DNA of 64,000 bases from Heterodontus francisci (Eukaryota): NCBI RefSeq assembly GCF_036365525.1, contig NC_090397.1, positions 56,832,091 through 56,896,090 of the forward strand, given 5' to 3'. The position numbers and the translations under genes were made by a program. Of this stretch, positions 49,150-61,789 are shown in pieces. Under the pieces are notes generated by a model. That model was not told where the DNA came from. It ran no database searches and saw nothing but the letters and a program-made list of their open reading frames with translations. Numbering within the stretch: position 1 is the stretch's first letter; each line of letters starts with the position of its first letter.

Positions 49150-49399
49150 ACCAGTGTTTTCCAGTGTTGCTCAACCCCCCAGTCCCCACCCCCAATGTGC
49201 ATATTAAAGTTGATCTTTACTGGGCTGTGTTTAAGACATCCTGTTAGGGTGCCTAGCCAACTACAGGCAGTCGCACCTTGTGCTGCTGAGTTTGCACTAG
49301 TCATCACTTGTACTAGTTGCTCGCGAACATGGCTGAGATTGAAGATTCTGTGCACGGTGACTTTCCCCAGCACTGTGTATATCTGTATCTCTGAAATAA

Positions 49400-49750
49400 T
49401 GAACATATGAATTAGAAGCAGAAGTAGGCCATTCAGCCCCTCTAGCCTGCTCCACCATTCAGTAAGATCATGGCTGATCTGTTTGTGTCTCGCATGCCAT
49501 GCTCCCATCTACTGCTGATAATCATAGATTCTTGTTAGACAAGGGAATCAATCTACTTCTGCCTTAAAAATATTCAATGACCCTGCCTCTCCCACCTTGA
49601 GGGAGAATTCCAAAGTTGCACAACCCTCCAGGGGACAAAAAAAATTCTCCTTCTCTGTACTAAAAGGGCAACCCCTAATTTTAAAACCGTGCTCCCTAGT
49701 TCTGGACTCCCCAACAAGAGGAAACTCCCTTTCCACATCCAACTTGTCAA
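49400..49750 (-). mobile_element. CR1 3' end
   Basis: DVEREFPLVGESRTREHGFKIRG plus the CR1 tail. Confidence 0.75.
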
Positions 49751-50756
49751 GCTATAGGGTTTCAAGTGCCAGAATCATTGTGACCAGAATTGCCCAGTAG
49801 TGTACCTGGGAGATCGGCTATACATCTCAATATGTAATTTCAGTATTTTCCTGAAATTGACTCAACTCAAATGATCAGAGAGTAGAATGACACTAAGAAG
49901 CAAACTTCTGTATTGCACATAGCACCCATTGTGTCTTTGCTCACCTGTAACAGCCTTCCTTTAACTGAAGTAGCTTTGTCTACACTTGTCCAAAGTGTGC
50001 AACTTGACCTGGACTATGATTGTTACAGATTACAGATCCTGTAGATGTTGGTGCAGCTGATAAGCCCATGCCCCCTCCACCTCTTTTTTTTTTTTTTTTT
50101 TTGGTTCCCCCATGGAAAGCAGGGTGGACTATATTTACCAGTGCTTGCAAAGGGTGCCCACAGACAGAAGGCCAGAATGGGTTCACAACAAGCCACTTGG
50201 TGCTATGGCTATGAACAGAGATGCAGAGAGTCTGCAGCATTGGTGAGATTGAAACTACAGTCTCCCCTCTTCCTACACTTGGATAGCTCTTCCTGCACTG
50301 TTAAGGAAGACAGCATGGATATCTCCAGCAACAGAGGTTTCCCTATCGGGAGAATGCTGCAAGTACCTGGAATATACTATTTTGCTACATGTACACCGGA
50401 ATCTCATGCTCAAATCTGCTCCACTAAAATGGTTCCATGACCGTCCTGAAACTTTGAACTCAGCCTGAAATGTTGTTATTCTGCCCAATGGAATTGTATT
50501 CATCTTTCCATTTCTCTCCTGATCCATTCATTTCTCACAAGAATGCAGTTCCCCAGGGACCGTTGAAGTTTAATTCTGAGCTCTAGCTGTCGTATGGTAT
50601 AGACTTTTTTTTTTTTTATGGACTTGTTTGTGTGACCTTTTCTTGGCAGCGTTGCCCAGTTCATCATGATCTATTGCCAGTTTGTGCTGTGGAGTCTTGC
50701 TTCAATCTCATGGGACTGTTCATGATGGGAAAGTGTAAATGGTATTTGTGTCCCAG

Positions 50757-50855
50757 TGAGGGAAAATATTTCCTTTTCTGGTATTGACATCCCCAATGTA
50801 CACTCTGAGCACAATACTTACAAGCTGAGTGAGCCTGTGCATTCCATACACAGAG
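50757..50855 (+). CDS. Possible additional CAX exon (RENISFSGIDIPNVHSEHNTYKLSEPVHSIHR)
   Basis: 99 nt, open, phase 1/1 (fits between 38168 and 53084), cccag acceptor and a weak GTTCAA donor. No homology recognised. Confidence 0.3.
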
Positions 50856-50881
50856 GTTCAATGCACAATGTGTTTCTCTTC

Positions 50882-51798
50882 TGTTGTGACCAGGTGAGAA
50901 GGGGTTTAGGGGTTCCCTCTCAGCCTTTGCCTGGTTTAACCGTAACAGGGTTTAATTTTAGAAACCATGTTTTTAGCTCTCCCTTAGTGAACCCTTGTTC
51001 ACTGCTTTCCAATTGTAATGCACAGAAATCAGGCAGGTTTTCTTAAACTTCCACCTTTCTTGTTTAAATCTATTAATCTTCAACTCTAATCCGGTTAATG
51101 ACTACGAATACGCGATGTGACCATGCTGGCATGCATACGTGATAAATGCACATGCAGGTAGACAGAAAAAGTAGAAAAGAATAAAGGTGAAAAGTTTGAG
51201 GCAATAGATGAATTGTAGTTAGTCCTTTTGAGTTTGAGTTTTTGGTTGCTGGTATGTCTTGCTGTTCGTTGGGGCCCAGTGCACGCTTAAATTGTTTCGA
51301 TGTAGGAGTCTTTCCTCGAGGTTCTCATGTCTTCAGTGGGCTTGTGAGAAAGTGAGAGCCAGCCAGGAGAGAGGCCGTCTTGTTCCTGGTTCAGCTGCAA
51401 ACTGCAGTCTGACCCCAAACTGTCCTGCGAGCACAATCCAAACCTCCAGGTTAGTCATACGACTAAGTTTTTTTTTCGACAAACACTCTCGTTTGTGGAT
51501 TCCAAAGCTCTCGGATGGGGGGCAGGGGAGGGGAGTGGTTGGGGTGTAGTGCTGATTCCCACCCTGACAAGATGTGGATCACCATTGCCCAGCCTAATCT
51601 CTGTTAATTGAATTAGTGAGCAATTCTTTTGTGTCTCCAAGCACTGTATTTTAGTATGTCAATATCCTCCAGCCAAGTGTCTGGTGATCTCTTGTATAAA
51701 AAAAAAAGTCATTTCTTCACTCCAGCAACAGTTTAAAATTAATATTCATATGGCAAAATTAATGTGCCTCATTCTTGGCAGTGGGGGTCTTCATGACA
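50882..51798 (-). mobile_element. Solo LTR (Gypsy-like)
   Basis: Termini TGTTGTGA...TCATGACA (TG..CA, imperfect inverted repeat) and a 4-bp TSD CTTC at 50878-50881 / 51799-51802. Orientation is inferred from ATTAAA on the - strand near 50955. Confidence 0.75.
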
Positions 51799-53083
51799 CT
51801 TCTTTGGATTAACTAGCAATTGCCAAGCCTGTTCCTCAGGAAATATTTCTATTTGTACTCGCGCTAAACTGTAGTGAGTTCTGACTGTTGAACAAAACTC
51901 CACATAGTCATGACAAAGGCAAGCAGTTCACTATCATATTTACCTCACTATAACTTCTACTTGAACTTGGTAACTTGGAAGGTTGTGTTGTGACTTTTGT
52001 TGTGGGTATAGAGATTAACGTAGAATATTTCGCTAACTGCTTACTGAGGACTTTTTTTAAATCAATAGACTTTGGGAGGGAGTGTGAGCAAAGAGCAGAA
52101 GCACCTCCCTATTCTCTGACCCTCTGGGACAGGCACTGTGGGCTACATCTGCAGACTGACCTGATGGACACCCTTTCACCATTCACACCAAAATTATTCC
52201 CAGGTTAGTTCAGCAGATCTCAACATCTTCTGCCCCCACCCACTTGCCTCCCCCAACTAAATGTTTGAAGCTTGACTAGACCAAGGGATAGGTTTTATTA
52301 ATACATGGCTTTGCCTGTTGCATGGTTCTCTCCCCTTGCATCTAGTGAGGACCAACTGGTGTGAATGACTACTTTTTTAATGGTTTGACTTCCTTCTGAA
52401 GTTAGTCACTTGTTCATGAGTGAAGTAGCAGTATTATTTGGCACTGTTGAGGACCCTCTTTCCTACCCATATACTCAATGTTGCCTCCAATCACTAGCTT
52501 AAACTATTCTAATCCTTTCCAATGACCAGCATTATCAACAGTTAATCTTTAGGTTATCAGTAATGGGTTTTTGTGTCCATCTGAGAACAAGTTAATTCAG
52601 CAGATCGTTCGGTTACAGGAGCTACCATTACATGGAGATTGGCTCTCATCCCATGCACCACTAGAAGACCAGATTGTGTTAAATTTCTTGAGTGGCAGGA
52701 GTCTGGTGTGACTGAATATGGGTGTCTGATCAGTTTAAAAACATTTTTATGCATGTTATCTGCATAACTAGAGATATGTGTATATCAGCGGCTTAACATA
52801 TTTGCATTCCAGAAATTACAAGGGGACTAGGAGCAGTGTGTAATAGACTTTTCCTGCATATTGTATTCTTTCCCCTTCCCATTGGTTAATTATCCGTGAA
52901 TAATAGAATGATTGATTCAGTAAAATCGCTTTCATATTTCTGGACTGGTTAAAAATGGTGTATATCTCCCCATTCAGATGTTGGTCTTTGTCATGTTCAC
53001 ATGAGGTCGCACCACGTACGGTGGCAAGTTATAAAGGGTTGACTGTTCCCTCCTTTCTAAATCGTATTTTGGTTTTGTTGCAG

Positions 53084-53214
53084 TGACCTGTTCGACTCCA
53101 ACGCAGAATCATTCATGTGAAGGAATAACGTGTCCGCACTGTCTGATGACCACAAAGACTACGCTGCTAGCAGAAAATGAGGTCGAGGCACAGAAGCTGG
53201 CTAATAACTACAAG
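53084..53214 (+). CDS. Type II CAX exon (..TTKTTLLAENEVEAQKLANNYK)
   Basis: The KTT..AENEVEA..L.NNY motif is recalled from vertebrate CAX proteins; ttgcag acceptor, GTCAGT donor; phases 1/0. Confidence 0.85.
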
Positions 53215-54284
53215 GTCAGTGGGATGTTCATGGCTTATCAGTATCAGCGGATGGTGACATTCCAGCACTGTTAATTTGTACCTACATCCATAATTGAAGA
53301 CAAATTAAACTGCTTAAGTTGGGCAGTTGAAAGTTCATGGTTCCTAGTGAAAGCAATGGACATACCAGCAATTCACTGTTACTGTTAACTTGCAGCTTGG
53401 TCTGATTCATTTATTTTGAGGATGATCTCTGATCCAAATTTTTGACCAAGTCTATATGCTGCTGACCTCCCAGTTGTTGAGATTTTAAGCCAAAGTAGGT
53501 AGCATGCTACTTCCTCCTAGGTTTAAAAGTTCAGCTGGTTACTGATATGAGCTTGATGCAGTCTCTTATGGTGCCAGAGGCCCTTGGGGGTAAATGTGGG
53601 GAAAGGCTAAACTTGCCTAGCTTGAAGAAAATGTGCTGCTTTGAGTTTGGGGTTGAGCTGTGTTCGATGCATTATATTACTCCAACACCTTCCCTAACTT
53701 TGGCAGTGCATGTTAACAAAAGGCATACTTTTCCTCAGTGCTGATTGGGGAAGTTGTCAGGTTCATCCATCGATTTGTACTTGGGTCCCAATACATGCTA
53801 GTTCCCCCTCCTCCACCTATACCCAATTCAAGATAAATTTCTCATGCCAGTTAGTAATTTGTGTAAATGAATTTTGTAGAATTTGCAACATAGATTTGCA
53901 TCATTTTCGCCCAACTAGTCCATGCCATGTCTAGGCTCCACATGAGCCTCCTCTCGCCTTACTTCTCCCTACCCTATCAGTACATCTTTCTATTCCCCTC
54001 TCACTCGTGTTTTTCTAGTTTTTCCCCTTAAATGCGTTTCGAACTTAAACTCTTGATGAATTCATGCAGTCACTTTCTCAGCCAAAGAAAGTACCAAAAT
54101 TTAGTCATAACTGGAAGAGTTCAGCAGAAAATGACTGCACCCAAGGTATCTCAAACCTATAGTTTGAAAACCCACAAATGAAAGACATTGAAAAATATTG
54201 TGCAATTATCTCGCTCTCTATGCTTCAGGAGAGACTTTTTTTAAGGAGCACATTTCAAAATACTCTCCTTTATCGGATATGTTC

Positions 54285-54690
54285 TTTCGTGGCATGTTGG
54301 CATTATTGGCAAGGCCAGCATTTGTTGCCCATCCCTAACTGCCCTTGACAGTTGAGTGACTTGCTAGACCATTTCAGAGGGCAGTTAAGTCAACCACGCT
54401 GCTGTGGGTCTGGAGTCACATGTCGGCCAGACCAGGTAAGGTTGACTGATTTCATCCCTGAAGGACATTAGCGAACCAGGTGGGGTTTTACAACAATCGA
54501 TAGTCTCATGGCACCATTACTGAGACTAGCTTTCAATTCCAGATTTCTTATTAACTAATTGAATTTTATTAACTGAATTTAAATTCCACTAGCTGCCATG
54601 GTGAGTTTTGAACCAGTGTCCCCAGGGTATTAGCCTGGGCCTCTGGATTACTAGTCCAGTGACCTTGCCACTGCAACACCATCTCCCTAA
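54285..54690 (-). mobile_element. tRNA-derived SINE, same family as 20154-20528
   Basis: Reverse complement carries the head GGGAGATGGTG..GTCACTGGACTAGTAATCCAGAG and the tail GGGATGGGCAACAAATGCTGGCC. Confidence 0.8.
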
Positions 54691-55528
54691 TATCATGGAG
54701 GAATTGTACTTTCTGATCAAAAGATTTCTAAATTTGGCTGCATCATAGGACACCGTTCATATGCTTCCACAGTATTCCCAGTGCAATGGGGATTCCTGTA
54801 ATTTTTTGAAAGTTTGAATGAAATGTTAAGTTGTTTTGATGGACTTTCCATAGCATTAAACTGTTAAAACAGTTAAAATTCTCTCAGAAAATGTGATTGT
54901 TTCTTTTCTCCAAGGATCTTGGTAGCCACTTTGTTGAAGTATATGGGCTGAAGTAAAATGGACAGCTCACTTTTACACCAACTCTTGATGTTGTATTTTG
55001 GGTATTAGCCTTGTATCTGGCTTTCAAGGTAAAAGTTGTTCAGAGAAACTACTTCCTAAGAGTCTTAGGTAACCTGTAAATTGGAGAACTTCAGCTGCAG
55101 GTCATTCTCCTCTCCTAATCGACGATCTGGAAGACCCCAGAAGAATGCTATAGTTTGATTTCATCTGTATAGTAGCATGATTCCTTTTGGAGAAATCTGG
55201 ATCAAGTGGGCTAGACCCAGAGTGCAGGATCCAGATGTTGAGAAGAATCAAGTGAGAAACCATATTCAGCTTGGGCTTTAAAAATATGTAGATCATGGGA
55301 GAGAAGGCAGAGTTAAAATTCTACAGTTTTGAGAGCCAGGGTCCCAAACTGGGAGGATAGATATGGGACATTGTATTGGGGGATGGCAGCAAGGGTTGGC
55401 CTATATCCTATTCTATAGTATGGGACATCAGTGCTCTGTTCTGTAATCCTAGGGTAGAGAGAGGGAAGAGCTCATTACATGAGGTGTGGTTGGTACACTT
55501 GTTACAATCTGCATTTGTAACTTTGTAG

Positions 55529-55634
55529 TTCGGGTTCAAGAAATGGAAGAGTCATGTGACACAGAGACCCTTAGAAGACCGTTCTGCAATAGTGAAGGAG
55601 CTATATTCAGATCTAAATGTCATCAAACATTCAG
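55529..55634 (+). CDS. Type II CAX exon (FGFKKWKSHVTQRPLEDRSAIVKELYSDLNVIKHS)
   Basis: FGF.KWKSHVT.RP.EDRS.IVKELY motif; tgtag acceptor, GTAATG donor; phases 0/1. Confidence 0.88.
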
Positions 55635-56149
55635 GTAATGCATTGCATGAAGTTTTTCAATGTTCTTTCCTCTTGCATTACCTTTGCAACTGTAAGTGGA
55701 AGCTATGCAGATCTGTGTTGAACTGTTACTCAATTTATTTTAATATATTGCCTATCTCACTGACGTAAGCATGGTTTTTTTCTGGCGTATGGTGGGATTG
55801 GGAGTGATGTTTGGATATGGTGTTGGGTGATCTTTTGATATGAGGCAAACCAAACAAAACCAGTGCAAAAGGTCTTGTTGTGAAATTCATATTTGAAAAA
55901 TAAGGTTCACATGCCTGGGTTGAGAGCATTGTCCTCATGAGATTTTGAATAGAATGGGCCTGTATTCTCCAGAATTTAGAAAATTGAGATGATCTCCTTG
56001 AAAATATATAAAATCCTTGAGAGGGCTTGACAGCATAGATGCTGAGAAGCTATTCACCTGGCTGAAGCATGTAGTACAAGGGCTCAGTCTTTGTTAAGAG
56101 GTTGGCCATTTAGGACTGAGATGAAGACATTTCTACAACTTGTGTCTTT

Positions 56150-57390
56150 TATGAAATAAAGTGTCTTCAAACACCTCACGGGAACATTTCGAAACAAAAT
56201 GACACTGAGCCATGCAAGGAGATAGTAGGTCAGATGACTAAAAGCTTGGTCAAAGAGGTAGGTTTTAAGGAGCTTCTTAAAGGAGGGAAGAGAAGTGCAA
56301 GGAGGGAATTCCAGAGCTTAGGGCCTCAGCAACTGTAAGCATAGCCACTAATTGGGGATGCTCAAGAGGCCAGAATTAGATTAGTGTAGATATCCTGGAG
56401 GGTTGTGTGGCTGGAGGAGATTAGAATAGGGAGGGGGCAAGGCCATGGAGGGATGTGAAAATAAAGATGAGAATTTTACAATCAAGACATTAGTTGACCA
56501 GGAGCCAATGTAGGTTAGTGAACAGGACTTTGTGTGAGTTGGGCCCTGGGCAGCAGAGTTTTGGATCATCAGGTTTACAGAAGATGGAATGTGGGAGACC
56601 AGCCAGGCGTATATTGGAATAGTCAAGGCTAGGGTAACAAAGTCCTGAATGAGGGTTTCAACAGATGAGCTGAGGCAGGGGCAAAGTCGGGCAATGTTAT
56701 GGAGGTGGAAATATGCGGTCTTGGTGATGGCACAAGTGTATATAGTTGGAAGCTTATCTGAGTCAAATGACACCAAGGTTGCAAACCGACTGGTTTAATC
56801 TCTGACTGTTGCTAGGGAGAGGGATGGAGTCATTCACTAGGGAATGGAGTTTGGTGTGGGGACCATAAACAATGGCTTCAGTTATCCCAGTATTTTATTG
56901 GAGTAAATTTCTGCTCATCCAGTAATGATGTTGGTTCGGCAGTCTGATAACTTAGTAACCGTGAAGGAGTTGAGGGAGTTGGTGGTGAGGTAGAGCTGGG
57001 TGTTGTCCCTGTATGTGTGAAAGCTAATGCTGTACTTTTGGATGATGTTGCCGAGGGGCAGCATGTAGATGGGAAATAGAGGGCCAAGGATAGGTCCTTG
57101 GGGGACACCAGAGGTAATGGTGCGGGAGCAGGAAGAGAAGCCATTGCAAATGATATTCTACTCTGGCTACCACTAGATAAGAGTGGAAGCAGCTGAGAGC
57201 AATCCCACCCAGCTGGATGTCAGTTGAGAGGTGTTGAAGGAAGATGATGTAGTTAATTGTGTCAAAGGCTGTAGATCGGTTGAGAAGGGAGAGTTTACCT
57301 TTGTCAGTCACATAGGATGTCATTTGTGGCGAAGAGCTGTTCTGATACTGTAGCAAGGGCAGAAACCTGATTGGAGGGATTCAAACACTC
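56150..57390 (-). mobile_element. L2 LINE RT and 3' region, decayed
   Basis: STAFDTINY..GIALSCFHSYL, TKTAYFHLHNIARLCPCLS..ETLIQDFVT..IQNSAA, then the L2 tail. Confidence 0.85.
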
Positions 57391-58566
57391 AGTTCTTCAA
57401 AGGGGTGTAAATCTTTGCAGTTCAGTACCCGAGAGGGCTATGGTGTTCAAAAGGTTGAGTATAATCAAGAGAAATAAATAGATTTTTGGACACTGAGAAT
57501 TGAGGAATCGGGCAGGAAAGTGAAGTTGAAGTAGGTGATCTTGGTGAATGGTGGAGCAGGCTCGAAGGGGTGTGTGCACCTATTTCTTGTGTCTAAGGAC
57601 CAATTAAGTGTTGCTAGTCTGTCACTACTATTCACTATATCCCAGAGAATTTTTTTTTTTTTTTGGAGTCCAACTAATTTTATTTCACTAGTTGAATTGC
57701 ACAATTGTCTAGAGCTCTGGACTAACCTGCATTGTTTTTGTGTTCTATCAAGTGATCTAAGGCACACTTTGAAAAGAGGGGTCCCAATTTATTTAAAAGA
57801 AAATAGAAATTTGCCCACACCTCTTCCACTGTTTGGGAATTCATGGTGGGACCAGTTTTAAAGACTGATTATTGGAACTGTTCATACTGAGCAAAGAAAT
57901 AGTGGTCACCAGATGAAATGAGGCACTGAATGTAAATCTGCACTTGGCTTACCAAGATTATATTTACATGTACAGGACCTAGAGCTGGTGAATCGTAGTA
58001 CATTACTCGGTTCACTAACTTCTGCTCTTTCAAGCACAAGTCACTGGATTGCTGTAGGGAGCAAGTACAGCAGGCTCTGTGACCTGGCCACCTTTTGCTC
58101 TGTACAGGTGGTGATTGCTGTGCACTTCCACCACTGTTTAATTTTAGACTCCCGGCTGTTTCACTAGCTGAGCTTGGCTAATTCTGCAAACCAGGAATCA
58201 AACCTGGCATCTTCTGGCTTGCGTGCCCTGGTGCTCTCAGCAGATCCTGACTTTATCCCCAAAGCTATCGTAACAGTTAGGTTTTTGATTTTTTTAGAAC
58301 TGCTGCCAGTACCTGTGACCTCTCCACTTTACCAGCTTTTTGAGCTGTTTTCTTAATATACTGGACACGCCTAAACAAATTCCATTCAGTTCAGTAAACT
58401 GCATCATTGTTGGCTTAAGGCTGGAGTGTATGCACTTGAGCTGTTGGTGTGTTCACGATGCCCTTCTTTGGGTGTTTGTGGAACATACTCTAGCTTTTAA
58501 ATTCTATAAAATCATACCTCTTGTGCTGCTGCAGTTGACTCATCTGAATTTCTTTATCTCTTTCAG

Positions 58567-58683
58567 GATCTTTGTTTACCTTTGGCAACCTGTTGTATGT
58601 TCTGCTGTTTGGATGGTGGGTTGCTCTGCTGTACCTTCTAATTGCTGTAATTATGTTTGTTACAGTTGTGGGAGTGCCTTACG
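58567..58683 (+). CDS. Type II CAX exon, YccF/DUF307 domain (GSLFTFGNLLYVLLFGWWVALLYLLIAVIMFVTVVGVPY)
   Basis: The GN..Y..LFGWW....Y......M..T..G.PYG pattern is the YccF (DUF307) signature; tttcag acceptor, GTAAGT donor; phases 1/1. Confidence 0.9.
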
Positions 58684-58869
58684 GTAAGTTCTGCTTGGGC
58701 TCTTGAACTTGAAATATGAACAGATTAAATGAATCCCAGTCCTAGTTCTGTGTTTAGGGCATTGTGATACATGGTTACAAACCATTGCATACTCTTTGTC
58801 TTGACCAAATGAGGTTCTTGTTCTTTACGTTCCTGCTTGTTCTGGTGGGAGAGAAGGTTTAGTATCAAA

Positions 58870-59740
58870 ATCACAGAATTGTTATAGTACAGAAGGAGGC
58901 CGTTTGGCCCATGTCTGCACTGGCTCTCTGAGCAATTCACCTAATGCCATTCCCCTGCCTTCTCCCTGTAACCCTACACATTCTTCCTTTTTCAGATAAG
59001 TCTAATTCCCTTTTGAAGGCCTCGACTGAATATGCCTCCACTACACTCAGACAGTGGGTTCCAGATCCTAACCACTCGCTGTGTGAAGTTTTTCCTCATG
59101 TCGCTTTTGCTTCTTTTGCCAATCACTTTAAATCTGTGCCCTCTTGTTCTCGATCCTTTCACAAGTGGCAACAGTTTTCCCCTATCGACTCTGTCCAGGC
59201 CCCTCTTGATTTTGAATACTCCTATCAAATCTCCCCTCGGCCTTCCGCTCTCCAAGGAAAACCGTCCCAACTTTATTTATTTAGAGATACGGCACTGAAA
59301 CAGGCCCTTCGGCCCACCGAGTCTGTGCTGGCCATCAACCACCCATTTATACTAATCCTACATTAATCCCATTACCCCCTCTCATCCCCACCTTCCCTCA
59401 ATTCCCCTACCGCCTACCTATACTAGGGACAATTTATAATGGCCAATTTACCTATCAACCTGCAAGTCTTTGGCTGTGGGAGGAAACTGGAGCACCCGGC
59501 GAAAACCCACGTGGTCATAGGGAGAACTTGCAAACTCCACGCAGGCAGTACTCCGAATCGAACCAGAGTCGCTGGAGCTGTGAGGCTGCGGTGCTAACCA
59601 CTGTGCCACCCCTTCTCCAACTTCTCCAATCTATCTTCATACCAGAGGTTCCTCTTCCCTGGGACTATTCTTGTAAATCCTTTCTGTACTCTCTCCAGTG
59701 TCTTCACATCTTTCCTAAAGTGCGGTGCCCAGAACTGAAT
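58870..59740 (-). mobile_element. CR1 3' fragment split by an HE1-type SINE (59274-59610)
   Basis: FSLESGRPRGDLIGVFKI.RGLDRVD..RTRGHRFKV; the SINE is flanked by CCAACTT at 59267-59273 / 59617-59623. Confidence 0.85.
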
Positions 59741-60976
59741 GGTCTATATAGCGTTTTGCCACATTAACTCCAGGTTGTCACTGACATTCTCTTCACCTTA
59801 CTCTTCCCTCTTTACTTGGTTTGGTTACTGCCTGTTGGCACCCAGCTCTCTGCCAGGTTTCCCTTTGGAACATCCATTATTTTAATTAGGTCACAACTGA
59901 TCGGTGCCTCAACTCCATTTATCTGACTTTGCTCATTATTCTGTGATGCACCTTGCCCAACAAAAATTGATCCATTTCTGCCTTTAAAGCTCCAATTCTC
60001 CTAGCATCCACAGCCTTTCATCTGGCTTGGTGGGGGTGGTGCGATGGGGAGAGTGTTCCAGATTTCCACTGCCCTTTGTGTGGAAAAGGTGCTTCCTGAT
60101 TTCCCTTTTTAAATAGTCTGGTTTATATTCCAAATTACCTGAAGACTGGTTTGCATAACAACCTATTCTGCATCGCATTTATAGAGATTTAATCCCCTTT
60201 TTTCTTTGTGTTTGCTACTTTATGCTCACGTTAGCTTGAGTAATTAGATGCAACAAAAAGGCTCTGTTCCCCTTTTGTGGGTGCTTGGGGAGACTGCAGT
60301 GTTTAGCTTTACTTCCTTTTTGTGGTCACTGGTTCTGTTCCTAATTGTGGTGAATAATCCTCTCTGTTCCTTTTAATGGATTTCCCCTTACATTCTTCCT
60401 GAGGGCGAATTTATATTCCATAATTGTACCCTGCTCTAGTAGACATTGCCCATGCTATAAGCTGGATGTCAGTCAGCTAGAAATGGTAATACGTACAACT
60501 TCTGATCTCCTAACTGACCTGCTTTCAGACTTTAAATCAACCATATTTACCCTTTCAAGGGTTGGCAGAAGTTTACCCAAAAGGCAGCTGTGGATGACTC
60601 TCATTTTGGAACATCCTGGCTCATTCTTCTCAGGGGAAAACCTACAATTCCTGTGTCTCCCTTTCTTTCTCTGTTCCTTACTTTCATATCCAGCATCTTC
60701 ATCCTTGATTCCAAAGATTTGCCTACATTCCCTATGCTGAAATCATTCCATATTTCAGATTTAAACTGGTAAAGACAAGTTTAAGACTGTGCGCGTCCTT
60801 GTCCTAGTGAAGTTTAGTAGTGTTTCGTATCTATTTTTATGTTCAGTTATCTTCATCCTCTGTTGGATGCTTTATTTTTAAACTGTTTAGGGAGAGGGGG
60901 TGGAGTGTGGGGAGGAAAAGACATCAATTTAAAAAAAAAAACACACAAAATGCAGTTCTGCTTTTTGTTCCCCCAG

Positions 60977-61038
60977 GGAAGCTGTGCTGCAGTCTTGCTG
61001 GATATTACTTCTGGCCATTTGGGAAGGTAATTCAAAAG
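60977..61038 (+). CDS. Type II CAX exon, end of YccF domain (GKLCCSLAGYYFWPFGKVIQK)
   Basis: WPFGK closes the YccF domain; ccccag acceptor, GTAAGT donor; phases 1/0. The gene continues beyond the window. Confidence 0.9.
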
Positions 61039-61789
61039 GTAAGTGCAGTAACTATTCTATATGACTTTATTGGCAAGTTGCTTGACTTGCTTTAGAGTCT
61101 AAATATCGCAGTCTTGGGTTACTAGATTTTTGGAACAAGTTCTATTTTGAGAAGGCTTATGTTGACCAGAATGTGGTGAGTTGATCCTTAATTATTCAGT
61201 ACTCTGTCTTAGGCCCCTATCTTGACAGGTCATTTTTATTCAACATTGTTTGTAAATAAGCTCTCTAGTAGATGCAGAATGTGGTAACTAGATGTCAATG
61301 GTCCCCTCCTTGGGTTTTACTCTTCGGACCATGGGCTGAGAATAGGTGGATGGCACAGTCCTGAACTACTGCAATGCTGCTCTAGCCACTTGCTGGGTGA
61401 CGTTTGCCTTGCTCTCACTCTGCTGACTAGTTGTTGGGACCCTTTCCCCAGTGGAATGTGAGATTGTTGTTTTGAGTTAGCCTCATGCACATTGAATCAG
61501 TAAATTACCAGAATGTGAGGAGGAGACAGAATTGTGTTGCATCAAGTACTAGCTTGGCACTATTCACCCTTGATGGTTGTTAACCCAGGGAGTAGTTGTC
61601 ACTTAAATAATTGGGGCTCATTGATACTTGGAGTCCAGTATCTTGATGCTGGATTCTAACATTCTTGACATCAGCTAAATATGTGGGGCAGTCTCCAGAC
61701 CACCAAGTGCAGTGCATTTTTATTCCAGTAAACTATGGCTGTTCTGTAATCTACCCTTGCAGAGATTCACTAAGACTAGCAATGATTAA

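Noticed and set aside
50650-50741. Alternative CAX exon at the ttggcag acceptor
   Set aside because: The frame compatible with the phase 1 upstream exon reaches TGA within seven codons.
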